NCBI GenBank assembly: GCA_963738115.1
Contig: CAVTVN010000020.1
Location: forward strand, 9,591-73,590
Length of the DNA: 64,000 nucleotides
Source of the DNA: an uncultured Gammaproteobacteria bacterium
GTDB lineage: Bacteria; Pseudomonadota; Gammaproteobacteria; Xanthomonadales; Rhodanobacteraceae
Direction: 5' to 3'
Shown here: piece by piece, positions 49,781 to 59,820 of the stretch
Layout of the letters: every line of letters begins with the position of its first letter
Position numbering within the stretch: position 1 is the stretch's first letter
Program-made: the position numbers and the translations under genes
Notes under the pieces: model-generated
Database searches by the model: none
What the model was told of the DNA's origin: nothing
Seen by the model: the letters and a program-made list of their open reading frames with translations, nothing else

Positions 49781-50764
49781 TCAGGACGAAAGCACTATCT
49801 TCGATCCCTCGAAGTCAAAGCGGAAGCGGACCTCCTCCAGCCCCGCATGCGCCATGGCGTGACGCAGGCGGTTGCGGTCGCGGGCATAGAACATCAAGAA
49901 GCCGCCACCGCCGGCACCGACGAGCTTGCCGCCAACTGCCCCGTTGTTCATTGCCAAGCCATACCATTCGTCGATCTGCGGATTGCTCATGCCGCCGGAT
50001 CGGCGCTTCTTGTGCTCCCAGTGCTCGTGCATCAATTCACCGAACAGCACCGGATTGCCGGACTCGAGCGCATCGCGACTGCGATAGCCAAGTTCCTTCA
50101 CATAGTGCAGGTTCTTCAGCATCTCCGCGTCGCTGTCCTTGGTCCGCGTATTCTGGTCCTTGAGGATACTGCCGGCGCTGCGCGAGAACCCGGTAAAGAA
50201 CAACAGCAGGTTGTCTTCGAGGTCGAACAGCGTATCCATGTTGATCTTCAGCGGCGTCGCCGTGACTTTGTCGTTCTTGTGAAACGTAAAACAGGTGATA
50301 CCCCCTACGGCGGCGATGTACTGGTCCTGCTTCCCGACTGGTTCGCCAAGGCGATCGATCTCGATGTGACAAGCCAGCTCGGCGAGTTCTTCCTGATGCA
50401 GGTGCCGCTTGCGATGTGCATACAGAGATTTCACCAGAGCGGTCGTGAAGCTGCCAGACGAGCCAAGGCCGGTGCCGGCGGGGATGTCGGCAAGTGTGGT
50501 GATTTCCACTTGCGGCGTCTTGAAGTTCAGCATCTGGATCGCCTCCCGGATGATCGGGTGCTTGACGTCCTCAACGATGCCGACGGTTTCGAGTTGGGAG
50601 TACTTGAGAAAGATGCCGGCAGTGAATGGCCGATTGACCGTCACATAGACGTACTTGTCGATCGCGGCGGCGATCAGAAAGCCTTCATGATCGCGATAAT
50701 ATGAAGGCAGATCGGTACCGCCGCCACCGAGCGTTATGCGCAGCGGGCTCCGGGCAATGATCAT
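49781..50764 (-). CDS. hddA: Heptose-7-phosphate 1-kinase (GHMP family)
   Basis: RSPLRITLGGGGTDLP, PAGTGLGSSG, VGKQDQY, GGKLVGAGGGGF. Confidence 0.88.
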   Translation of the reverse strand: MIIARSPLRITLGGGGTDLPSYYRDHEGFLIAAAIDKYVYVTVNRPFTAGIFLKYSQLETVGIVEDVKHPIIREAIQMLNFKTPQVEITTLADIPAGTGLGSSGSFTTALVKSLYAHRKRHLHQEELAELACHIEIDRLGEPVGKQDQYIAAVGGITCFTFHKNDKVTATPLKINMDTLFDLEDNLLLFFTGFSRSAGSILKDQNTRTKDSDAEMLKNLHYVKELGYRSRDALESGNPVLFGELMHEHWEHKKRRSGGMSNPQIDEWYGLAMNNGAVGGKLVGAGGGGFLMFYARDRNRLRHAMAHAGLEEVRFRFDFEGSKIVLSS

Positions 50765-50842
50765 AGGCGCTTGCCTTTCTCCAAAATCACGCTTCCTCCC
50801 AAGGTCTTTCCGAGCTGTGCGTCACAGCCGACTCGAAGCAGG

Positions 50843-51838
50843 CTAGCTTGCGAATGCATACCCCGAGGATGAGTAGATTCTTCCGACGACATCGAGCACG
50901 GCGAGCGCGTCCGGAAGACCGGGATCGGGTTCACGTCGAAGCTTGATATCGTCGACGAATTCAGCCATCTCCACATCCCAGGAGTCGTCGGCCAGCGGAT
51001 ATTCCCAAATCACCGTTTCCGGAGGTCCCATCTGCGGCGTCATCTTGTACCACGCGAGCCGCTCGACGCCATAGCTGCCACCGAGACCTTCGACGTGGAG
51101 TTTGCCCACACGGCCGTAGATCTCGAAAGAGAATGTGTTCTTCCATTCCGTGCAGCTGGCATGAAGGAACGCGACCTGCTTGCGTTCCGTCTTGAGCAGC
51201 AGGAAAGCGTTGTCGTCGACCGGCATGTTCCAAAAATAGGTGTGCGCGTAGCCACTCACTTCGGCGAATTCGCCGAGGAACCAGCGCGCCAGATCGATCA
51301 GGTGCACCCCCTGATCGATCAACTCTCCTCCGCCTGACAGTGCAGGATCGGAGCGCCATTCTTTTTCGTACCCCACCCGACCACCATGCCCGTAGCGCGC
51401 GCGCAGGAACATCAACGGACCGAGCGCGCCGGAAGCGACGATTTCGCGCGCCCTGCGAAATGCGCGATGGTAACGATGATTGAATCCGACGCGGACGCGG
51501 ACGTCATTGGCCCTGGCAAGTGCGAGGAGGTCGTGCAGGTCGCTCGCCCGGCGTGCGGCGGGCTTTTCGACCAGCACATGCTTACCTGCGGCAATCGCCG
51601 CGCGCGTGATTTCCGGAAGGACATCATGCGTCGTCGCAATGACGACGACATCGACGTCGTTGCTGGTTGCCAGTGCCTGCCCGTCTTCGAAGACACGGAC
51701 ATCGGTGCCCAATCGGGCCAGCTCTCGGGCACGCGGCAGCTGCCTATCGGCGCAGGCGACGAGCCTGCAGCCGGCAAGGGCACGAGCGCGCTTCTGACCG
51801 ATCAGGCCGCAGCCGACGATCCCCACTCGCAAGGTCAT
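50843..51838 (-). CDS. Gfo/Idh/MocA oxidoreductase
   Basis: VGIVGCGLIG, GKHVLVEKP, VGFNHR, GGGELIDQGVHLID. Confidence 0.92.
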   Translation of the reverse strand: MTLRVGIVGCGLIGQKRARALAGCRLVACADRQLPRARELARLGTDVRVFEDGQALATSNDVDVVVIATTHDVLPEITRAAIAAGKHVLVEKPAARRASDLHDLLALARANDVRVRVGFNHRYHRAFRRAREIVASGALGPLMFLRARYGHGGRVGYEKEWRSDPALSGGGELIDQGVHLIDLARWFLGEFAEVSGYAHTYFWNMPVDDNAFLLLKTERKQVAFLHASCTEWKNTFSFEIYGRVGKLHVEGLGGSYGVERLAWYKMTPQMGPPETVIWEYPLADDSWDVEMAEFVDDIKLRREPDPGLPDALAVLDVVGRIYSSSGYAFAS

Positions 51839-52680
51839 TTGTCTCCCCAGCCAAGCCCACGATCACGTGCCGTAATCCGCCGAAGCGTGTACAGGTCGCC
51901 CTCGGCAAGCGCATCGCGATACTCAGGCCAATGCGACCAGTCGTCCCAAACGGCGCTGATCAGCTTACCAGTGATTCCAGCAGCTTCAGATGACGCCAGA
52001 AACAGGCAGAGGCTGACTGCATCTTGGGTCCCGCTGGGGTGGGCCACGGCCTTCACCGCGGCAGCATGCTCCTGCCTTCCAATAGCGTCAGGACCGAGGT
52101 CCAGCAGGCTGCGCAACATCGCGGTGTTCATCGCGCCGGGCGCAACACAGTTGACGAAGATTCCGTGCGCCTTGGTCTCGGCCGCAAGGGTCTCGCTGAA
52201 GCGAACGAGAGCCGTCTTCGCCGTCGCATATGCGGAGAAGTTCGGTCGCGGTGCCGCGGCGCCGCCGCCGGACAGGTTGATGATGCTGCCGCACCCGTTC
52301 CTGATCATCGCAGGAAGCACGGCGCGGCAAAGCTCGATCGGAGCCAGAAGATTGATTCGGAAAGTGGCCTCCCACAAATTCCAATCGTTGGCCCATGCGG
52401 GACCGACGGGGCCTTGGATCGCCGCATTGTTGATCAGCACGTCGATTCTTTCCGTCCGCGTCGCTGCTTCGGAAATGATCCGCTCCGCCGCGCCCGCTTC
52501 GCCGAGGTCCGCAGTTATCGGATACGCGACCTGGTCGGCCCGACGACCCAGCGCTTCCATCGTCTCGTCGAGAGGACTGCGAGACACGAGCAGCAGGTTC
52601 CAGCCGTCGATCCAGAAAGCGCGGGCGAGTTCACGCCCGAGGCCCTGCGAGGCACCGGTGATGAGACAGCAGCGCTTCAT
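51835..52680 (-). CDS. SDR family oxidoreductase
   Basis: ITGASQGLG, LINNAAIQGP, YATAK, APGAMNT. ATG 52680 in an ATGA overlap. Confidence 0.92.
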   Translation of the reverse strand: MKRCCLITGASQGLGRELARAFWIDGWNLLLVSRSPLDETMEALGRRADQVAYPITADLGEAGAAERIISEAATRTERIDVLINNAAIQGPVGPAWANDWNLWEATFRINLLAPIELCRAVLPAMIRNGCGSIINLSGGGAAAPRPNFSAYATAKTALVRFSETLAAETKAHGIFVNCVAPGAMNTAMLRSLLDLGPDAIGRQEHAAAVKAVAHPSGTQDAVSLCLFLASSEAAGITGKLISAVWDDWSHWPEYRDALAEGDLYTLRRITARDRGLGWGDK

Positions 52681-53561
52681 TCGACGGTTCCCATGGGCTG
52701 TGCCGAAACGGCATAGCGGAAGTCGACGAGCCGGCTGAGCAGGGACCACGGCAGGAAATCAATGATCTTTCGGGTCCGCCTGATACCCGTCGACTTGAGA
52801 ACCTTGTACTTGATGATCTCAGTGTGCCCTTTCATGTAGCGCCCCGGAACCGCACGCAGCCCGGCCCTCGACATCGCCAGCGACAGTGTGCCCGGCTCGT
52901 AGAAACTGATGTGGACGTCCGGTATGCGAGCGTAGGACCATTCCAGGACGCGACCGCGCCATGGCCCGGCATTCCCGGTAGTAAGAAAAAGTATACCATT
53001 CGGGCAAAGCAACGACCGGATCTGCCCGAGAATCCGGACCGGGTCGACGACATGTTCGAGCACTTCGATCGCAGTGACAAAAGCGAACTGCCCTGCATGA
53101 GCCGGCAGGTCGTCAGCGCCAAACACTGGAATTCCGCGCTCGCGTGCGGCGCGAGCGCCCCAGCCTTCCTCGAAGCCGACGCAATCGATTCCCGCCTCGC
53201 GCGCCTTGCGCACGAGACCGCCTGCACCGCAGCCGAAGTCCAGCCATTTGCCGCCATCAGGCCGCAATTCGCGAAAAATCGACGTCAGTCCCTGCCACTC
53301 ATAATTGCGGATCGTCTGATCCGGATCTTCGAGTTCGTACAGGTAGTCGACGAGTGGATCGGCTCCATGTCCGCGGTAGTAGGCCTCGTCGTAGACTGCC
53401 GCATAGTCGGTCCTCGCGTTGCCGACGAACGTGAAGCGGCATGCCGGACAGTGGAAATAGTCGAAACTTCGCCCATCGAGGGTCCCGGTGCGCGAGCCGA
53501 CGTAACCGGCCACGCTGCCGCACACCGCGCACTTCGCCGTTGCAGCCGGGCCGGCGTTCAT
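52677..53561 (-). CDS. Class I SAM methyltransferase with N-terminal CxxC pair
   Basis: CAVCG...CPAC, LDFGCGAG, IEVLEHV. ATG 53561 in an ATGA overlap. Confidence 0.9.
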   Translation of the reverse strand: MNAGPAATAKCAVCGSVAGYVGSRTGTLDGRSFDYFHCPACRFTFVGNARTDYAAVYDEAYYRGHGADPLVDYLYELEDPDQTIRNYEWQGLTSIFRELRPDGGKWLDFGCGAGGLVRKAREAGIDCVGFEEGWGARAARERGIPVFGADDLPAHAGQFAFVTAIEVLEHVVDPVRILGQIRSLLCPNGILFLTTGNAGPWRGRVLEWSYARIPDVHISFYEPGTLSLAMSRAGLRAVPGRYMKGHTEIIKYKVLKSTGIRRTRKIIDFLPWSLLSRLVDFRYAVSAQPMGTVE

Positions 53562-54511
53562 GCTCGTGCCGCCATTACCCATTCGTTGGCTCGCAAAAAT
53601 TCTACCGTCTTTACTACTCCCTCTTCGATCGAATGATTTGGGCGCCAGCCGAGCGCACGAATCTTTGCCGTGTCGAGGAAGATGAAGGGATTGTCTCCAA
53701 TCCAGCCGCGGTCGCCGCCGGAGTATTCGAGCTCCGGGCTTACGCCAAGCGTCCGGCAGATCCAGCCGATCGAGTCGTTGAGCTCGCAATAGGCATCGAC
53801 ACCGAGGTTGAAGATGCTCACGCGCTGTTGGGTCTTCTTCATGGCCAGCAGGATCGCGTCGATGCAGTCCTGCACGTGCAAGTAGGACTTGCGCTGTCTG
53901 CCGTTCCCGAGCACGCGTAGACGTCGTGGATCGCGCCGCAACTGCGCGTAAAAGTCGAAGACGTGCCCGTGCGTGTAGCGCTCGCCGAGAATCGAAACGA
54001 AACGGAAGATCAACGCCTGCATTCCGAAGCCTTCACAGTAGGCAGCCATGAGGCCCTCGCCGGCCAGTTTGGACGCCCCATAGAGCGAGGTCTGCACGGG
54101 GAACGGCGCATCCTCGGGCGTTGGGATGACGGCGGCTTCACCGTACACCGAGCCGGTTGAAGAAAAGACGATACGCTCGATTCCGTTCGCGCGCATGGCC
54201 TCGAGAACGTTGAACGTTCCCAGCGTGTTCTGTTCGAGATCCTTGCGTGGATGATCGGTTCCGAACCGCACATCCGCATTCGCGGCGAGATGGATGACCG
54301 ACTCGGCGCCGTCGAACGAGCGCTTGAGGAACTCGAGATCGAGTAGGTCGCCCTCGCACAGACGAAAATTCGGATGGGTCATGGCGCGTTCGAGAAATCT
54401 CCGCTGACCGGTCGAAAAATTGTCGATGCCAGTCACCTCGATGTCCGATTCCAGCAAGCGGTCGACCAGATTGCTCCCGATGAACCCGGCACATCCGGTG
54501 ACCGCGATCAT
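53558..54511 (-). CDS. NAD-dependent epimerase/dehydratase
   Basis: VTGCAGFIGS, FSSTGSVYG, SLYGASK. ATG 54511. Confidence 0.93.
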   Translation of the reverse strand: MIAVTGCAGFIGSNLVDRLLESDIEVTGIDNFSTGQRRFLERAMTHPNFRLCEGDLLDLEFLKRSFDGAESVIHLAANADVRFGTDHPRKDLEQNTLGTFNVLEAMRANGIERIVFSSTGSVYGEAAVIPTPEDAPFPVQTSLYGASKLAGEGLMAAYCEGFGMQALIFRFVSILGERYTHGHVFDFYAQLRRDPRRLRVLGNGRQRKSYLHVQDCIDAILLAMKKTQQRVSIFNLGVDAYCELNDSIGWICRTLGVSPELEYSGGDRGWIGDNPFIFLDTAKIRALGWRPNHSIEEGVVKTVEFLRANEWVMAARA

Positions 54512-54948
54512 GCGCTGGCTCCGCCTGAAACGAACACGAAATGCTTCATGACGAAGAAGCTCGACGCCGCAGTGAGGCCAGTGGAAGCCAAGGGACCCCA
54601 ATAAGGAGATACTCGCAGCACCTCGACGACCGTCCACATCACGGCGAGAGTGGTCAGATAATTCAGGACCAGCATCGCGCCGTATCGCCCGAGATGAATG
54701 CCCATGCCGCGCCGGCCAGCTCCGAAGGTAAACGAACGGTGGAGCAGGAAGTGACAGCAAACCGTGACGACATAGGCGAACGAAATGGCCACCTTGTAGC
54801 CGAGGCCGATCTCCCCATACAGCACACGGAACAGGAGGAAATACAGAGCAAACGTCGATCCGCCGACAACGACGAAACGGACGATCTGCCACTTGTGCTC
54901 ACGTAGATAATTGAGCGCTGCCCAAAGCATCGCAACAAGGCGATTCAC
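54508..54948 (-). CDS. GtrA-family flippase
   Basis: QIVRFVVVG, HFLLHRSFTF, four TM segments, KHFVF. GTG 54948 overlaps the upstream stop. Confidence 0.85.
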   Translation of the reverse strand: MNRLVAMLWAALNYLREHKWQIVRFVVVGGSTFALYFLLFRVLYGEIGLGYKVAISFAYVVTVCCHFLLHRSFTFGAGRRGMGIHLGRYGAMLVLNYLTTLAVMWTVVEVLRVSPYWGPLASTGLTAASSFFVMKHFVFVSGGASA

Positions 54949-56582
54949 AGCTTCTGGAACCGAAATTTGAAGATCGCGCGAAGCCAAGTGATCGGATCAC
55001 GGAACGCGTTCACCTTCTTGCCTTCCTTGAATGAACGCGAACGATAGTTCACAGGAATCTCGATCGGCCGATAGCCGCTCCGGACGAGCTTGATCAGCAG
55101 TTCATAGTCGAAATCGAACCGGTCGCATTCGAATTGCAGGCCACGCAGGCAGTCTGCCCGAAACACCTTGTACATCGTGAATGGATCACGCAGGCGCAAA
55201 CCATACACGATGTTGACGAGTGTCGTGAACAGCCAGTGTCCGAAATTGAGGAAGGCGGCAGCAAGTGGTTGGTCTTCGAACTGGCGCATCTTCCAAGCAC
55301 CGCCGCCATGGCGTGCGCCAAGAACGAATGCGGCTTCGCCACTTACCAAAGGCTGGATCAACGCATCGTAGTCCTCGATGTCGTATTCGTCGTCCGCGTC
55401 CTGAATCAGGATGTACTCCCCGCTGACGTGACTCAATCCGGCCCGAACCGCATTTCCCTTGCCTCGAGGCGTATCCTGCCAAACGACCGCTACGCGTTCT
55501 CTGCCCTCATACTCACGAATGATCTCGCGCGTCCCGTCTGTCGAATTGCTCTCGACGATAATCAGCTCGATGTCGACACCGGCGATTCTCTTCGCCATGA
55601 CCCGCTCGATGGCTCCACGGACCGATTGCGCTTCATTGTATGCCGCCATTACGACAGAGAGTTTCGGCGTCTCTGTTCGCTCTTGCCTCCTTGCAAACAT
55701 CACGATTCCACTTGCCGTAACGCGAACGGGTAAGCGCCGCACCGCGCGAGGCAGAACACGCCGCAGCAGACGTATCAGCGTTGCATAAGGTTCCACGGGA
55801 AAGTGCACAAAGTGTTCGGCAACATAATCAAAGCTGAGCGATTTTCGCGCCGGACTGACCTTCGTGCACCCAAAACTTTCGTTGTACAACAGGCGCGCAC
55901 AGGTGCTCGTCGAGAAATACCACAGGTGTTCGGTCTTGAATTCCATCCACTTGCTCTTCATCCAGCGCGCCGAGAAGGAGTCCAGGCTGGGTACCACCGC
56001 CACGACGACCCCGTCCTGCTTCAACAGTGCGTGAACTGCGCGCAAAAAGGCGTGCGGGTCTCGGACATGCTCCAGCACGTCGGCGAACACAATGTAATCG
56101 AATCGCTCAGGGGACCCGAGCAGATCTTCGATCTCCCCAGCAATTACGCGGCCGCGGCTACCTAGCTTTTGCGACGCGACCTGAACGGAGTGCGTAGAGT
56201 ATTCGACTCCGGTGACTGAAAGGCCTCGCGCCTCGGCACGCAGAAGGAAGTCTCCGTGGCCGCTTCCTACCTCGAGAAGACTCCCGGTTAGAGGCCCTTT
56301 GCCATAAGCTTCCAGCAGGTCAAGATAGTAATCAGAGGTTCGCGATTTCAGTTCACTGACGCGCGACGTGTTTTGCGCGTCGCCACTGAACACGAAATAG
56401 TCTTTATTGTAGATCGCTGCAAGCTCTTGATCCGAAGGCTGCGGATTCAGCCGCATGAGTCCACACGAGACGCATTCCTCGACGCGATGCGGGCCCACTG
56501 AAAAATCGTAGTGGATTCTTCTGCCACCGCACACAATGCATGAGTTCGTTCCCGGAATTCCCGTTTGAGTTGCACTGATCAT
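54945..56582 (-). CDS. Methyltransferase + GT2 (polyprenyl-phosphate glycosyltransferase-like) fusion
   Basis: CIVCG/CVSCG, LEVGSGHG, DVLEHV; C-terminal LSVVMAAYNE, GKGNAV, IQDADDEYD, EIPVNYRSR. Confidence 0.9.
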   Translation of the reverse strand: MISATQTGIPGTNSCIVCGGRRIHYDFSVGPHRVEECVSCGLMRLNPQPSDQELAAIYNKDYFVFSGDAQNTSRVSELKSRTSDYYLDLLEAYGKGPLTGSLLEVGSGHGDFLLRAEARGLSVTGVEYSTHSVQVASQKLGSRGRVIAGEIEDLLGSPERFDYIVFADVLEHVRDPHAFLRAVHALLKQDGVVVAVVPSLDSFSARWMKSKWMEFKTEHLWYFSTSTCARLLYNESFGCTKVSPARKSLSFDYVAEHFVHFPVEPYATLIRLLRRVLPRAVRRLPVRVTASGIVMFARRQERTETPKLSVVMAAYNEAQSVRGAIERVMAKRIAGVDIELIIVESNSTDGTREIIREYEGRERVAVVWQDTPRGKGNAVRAGLSHVSGEYILIQDADDEYDIEDYDALIQPLVSGEAAFVLGARHGGGAWKMRQFEDQPLAAAFLNFGHWLFTTLVNIVYGLRLRDPFTMYKVFRADCLRGLQFECDRFDFDYELLIKLVRSGYRPIEIPVNYRSRSFKEGKKVNAFRDPITWLRAIFKFRFQKL

Positions 56583-57002
56583 AGCTTCTTGAAATTCCCG
56601 GTGATCGTCTCGCCGTCAATTGGTTGCGTCAACCGAACTTCCGATTGCTCGAAGCGTCCCGAAGCAATTAGGATGGCGGCAACCCAACTCGGTACCTGCC
56701 CAGACACGCGCCAGCCTCAATGGAGGCGCTTTCAAGGCGTCGTGGCTGACGCACCCCAAGTGCGAGTGGCAGTGAGCACGGATTGTAGAAGACTTTGATG
56801 TGGTCGAGGATATCCCGCACGGACTAATCGCGTGTTTTATGCGCACTTTGCGGATCTGCGCTGTTTATCCAGGACGCGGGAAGAGGCCTTAGCGACGCGC
56901 GCCTTGTCAACAGCTGCTCACAGGAACTCATAGTATGTCTCAAGGCGCCTACGGATACATCGGCGACTCGATTGACTCACCTCGACGAGGCACCATACCC
57001 AA

Positions 57003-59801
57003 GTGAAATTACCGTCACTGTCAAACCTGCGAGTGCGCCTTGACGAAGTGTTGTCGCTACTCTCTCGTCGATTTGATTCGTTCGAGCAACATCCTGTCCT
57101 GTGGCGCATAGGTCGTCTCGACACGCTACCCCTGATTCTCATTGGTCTGTTTCCCTTGTTGGTCGCGCTGCCGAAGTTGCTCGGTTGGATGCACGCGGAC
57201 CCGATGCTGTATTTCGGCGGGATGTCCAAGAACTACGTCTTCGGCTTGTTGCCCGGAACCCCCTATCTCGATCCCAACGATGGGTTGACCACGCAAGCGT
57301 TAGGCTACCGCGCCGCCCTTGACTGGATTCACGGAGAGGTCCCTTGGTGGAATCCGTATTCCGGCGTCGGACTTCCGCTGGCTGCGGAGTATCAGCCGGC
57401 TGCATTCTTCCCGCTCACTCTCCTGCTGCTTTTACCGCAGGGCTTCGTATGGGAACACTTGCTGCTGCAAATGCTGGCTGGATGGGGCACCTACGGTTTG
57501 CTTCGGCAAATCGGCCTGGGGCGCGCTGCCGCGTTGACTGGCGGGACGCTATTCGCTTTCAACGGCACGCTCGCGTTGTTCGGCCACGCACCTGCTTTCC
57601 CAGTCCCCTTCCTACCCTGGATGCTGTGGGGTGTGGAGCGAGCCTACAACAAGACCGCGCTCGGTTTGCGCGCTGGCTGGCGGCTCCTTGCCGTCGCACT
57701 TGCCATGAGCTTGCTGGCAGGATTTCCCGAGACCGCCTACGTGAATGGTCTGCTGGTGGCGGCGTGGGTGGTATTGCGCTGGGCGCAGACATCGTCGGGG
57801 AAACGCTCATCGTTTGCCGGGCGCATCACTTTGGGTGGTGTAGTCGGAATTGCACTATGTGCCCCGCAGATTCTGGCATTTTTTGAATTCCTACCGCTCG
57901 CCGACATCGGCGGTCACAGTAGCGTTTTTGGTCGGCAGACGCTGGTCCCCTGGGCCGTCGTTTCAAACTTGGTAGAGCCGTATGCTTACTGGCCTCTGCT
58001 TGGTCAGCAGGTGCAAGGACTGCCCTTGGTCGCGCTCTTTAGCACGATTGGAGGATACGTCACCCTCGGCATCCTGCTGCTGGCAGTTTACGAGGTCATG
58101 AGTCGTTTCCATGCATTGAATTGGCTGTTGTTTGGATGGGCCGTCCTTGCTCTTGCCAAGACTTTCGGCATCGAACCGATCGTATCAATTTGGTATCTCA
58201 TACCAGGTATTGCTGAAACCGCCTTTACTCGATACGCCGCGCCGTCTTGGGAGTTTGCGCTGATTGTTCTGGCGGCTCGAGGCGTCGATGGCTTACGTTC
58301 GGATCGACCGAGCCGGTCAGCGTTGCTTGCAGCCATTGCAGTTCTGGCGGTAGCCGTCGGGGCATGCGCCCTGGTTTATTTCAAATTCCTCCATCCAAGC
58401 CTGACCGGACAGGTCGGCCTGCAATACTTCGCAGCAGCTTCCACGTTGTGGGCAACCCTGATGGGACTGACCTGCCTGGCGTTGCTCGCAGCCAGCCCTG
58501 CGCGCTGGAGGCAGATTGCGGTTGCTACGCTGTTGGTCGTTGACGGCATGCTGATGTATGCGGTTCCCACGTTGTGCAATCCTCGCGGCGGCGAGGTCGA
58601 TATGGCTGCGATTCGGTTTTTGCAGGAGGGCCTAGGATTGCAGCGCTTTTACAGCCTGGGGCCGATACAACCGAACTACAGTGCCTATTTCGGTATCGGC
58701 TCAATCAATGAAACCTACATGCCGATACCGCGGCGCTGGGTTCACTGGGTCGAAACCCGGCTCGATCGTTATGCTCACGCCTATGAGTTCACTGGTAACG
58801 GCCCGAGACGCCAAGGGGGAGCCACGGCGGCTGAAGAATTGCGCGAGAACATCGATTCCTTCGAATCGGCGGGCGTCAAATATGTAATTGCCTCTCCCGC
58901 TTCGGGCAACCCGTACATCAAGAGCATATCGAGCCGAACGGCGTCGAGCGGTAACTTCCCGCTGCTACTGCAGCCGGGACAGACTGCAACCGGAACTTTG
59001 GCAGCAAATCTCGTCAAGCAGACCGTCACGGTCACCGGCATGGGGGTGGTAATCGGCAACTACTACAATACGTCCGATGGCTTGTTGAGATTGACCTTGT
59101 GCAGTGGAGTCAATTGCGAGACCGGCGCCAGAGATCTCAATGAATCTCGTGACAATGTCGTGTTCGACCTCCCTCTCGCCAAACCGCTTCAAATTGTCTC
59201 AAACACGCCCGTCAGCTACACGATTACACATGAAGGCGGCAAAACGCCTGTTGCATTGTGGGCTTTCCCTGTAACGGGAGAAGCTCAAATGCAAAATCTC
59301 GAAGGACCGGCTGGCGCGGTCAACGCCTTCGGCCTGCAGGTGCGCCTCGTGCTCTCGTCCGCGGAAGAGGTACCCAAAGAGGTATACGCGGACGAAATCA
59401 TGAGCATTTACCAGTTGCGCGATTTCAAGCCTTATTTCGGGGCACTGGGTGGTCCCTGCCTGCTGAACGCAACTGAGCGAACTCATGTCGCGGCGGATTG
59501 CGAAACTCCTGCCACTCTGATCCGGCGAGAGATGTTTTACCCGGGCTGGGAGGTCGAGATAAACGGTGAACAGGGGCAAATTTCGGAATACGACGACCTT
59601 TTTCAGGCAATTGCGCTGCCGAAAGGGAAAAGCGAAGTTCGTTTTAGCTACGCGCCGCCTCACGTTGTTTGGGCCTGGCTTGTGATGTGGCTGGCGTTGA
59701 TCACGCTGTGCCGAGAAGGGTTGGTATCGCGCAGGGAAGCGAAGAAGTTGTTGCGACGACCCGTGACCGATCGGGCAGCGCCCGCGCCCGAGGCTTCGTA
59801 A
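57003..59801 (+). CDS. YfhO-like multi-TM GT-C glycosyltransferase (932 aa)
   Basis: PWWNPYSGVGLPLAA, many TM segments, C-terminal FYPGWEVEING...AIALPKGKSEVRFSYAP plus a final TM. Start uncertain. Confidence 0.85.
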   Translation: MKLPSLSNLRVRLDEVLSLLSRRFDSFEQHPVLWRIGRLDTLPLILIGLFPLLVALPKLLGWMHADPMLYFGGMSKNYVFGLLPGTPYLDPNDGLTTQALGYRAALDWIHGEVPWWNPYSGVGLPLAAEYQPAAFFPLTLLLLLPQGFVWEHLLLQMLAGWGTYGLLRQIGLGRAAALTGGTLFAFNGTLALFGHAPAFPVPFLPWMLWGVERAYNKTALGLRAGWRLLAVALAMSLLAGFPETAYVNGLLVAAWVVLRWAQTSSGKRSSFAGRITLGGVVGIALCAPQILAFFEFLPLADIGGHSSVFGRQTLVPWAVVSNLVEPYAYWPLLGQQVQGLPLVALFSTIGGYVTLGILLLAVYEVMSRFHALNWLLFGWAVLALAKTFGIEPIVSIWYLIPGIAETAFTRYAAPSWEFALIVLAARGVDGLRSDRPSRSALLAAIAVLAVAVGACALVYFKFLHPSLTGQVGLQYFAAASTLWATLMGLTCLALLAASPARWRQIAVATLLVVDGMLMYAVPTLCNPRGGEVDMAAIRFLQEGLGLQRFYSLGPIQPNYSAYFGIGSINETYMPIPRRWVHWVETRLDRYAHAYEFTGNGPRRQGGATAAEELRENIDSFESAGVKYVIASPASGNPYIKSISSRTASSGNFPLLLQPGQTATGTLAANLVKQTVTVTGMGVVIGNYYNTSDGLLRLTLCSGVNCETGARDLNESRDNVVFDLPLAKPLQIVSNTPVSYTITHEGGKTPVALWAFPVTGEAQMQNLEGPAGAVNAFGLQVRLVLSSAEEVPKEVYADEIMSIYQLRDFKPYFGALGGPCLLNATERTHVAADCETPATLIRREMFYPGWEVEINGEQGQISEYDDLFQAIALPKGKSEVRFSYAPPHVVWAWLVMWLALITLCREGLVSRREAKKLLRRPVTDRAAPAPEAS

Positions 59802-59820
59802 GCCTCCCTGCACCCAGCTG

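Noticed and set aside
56583-57002. JUMPstart/ops element or small gene in the divergent gap
   Set aside because: No GGCGGTAG ops motif seen, and the short ORFs lack motifs.
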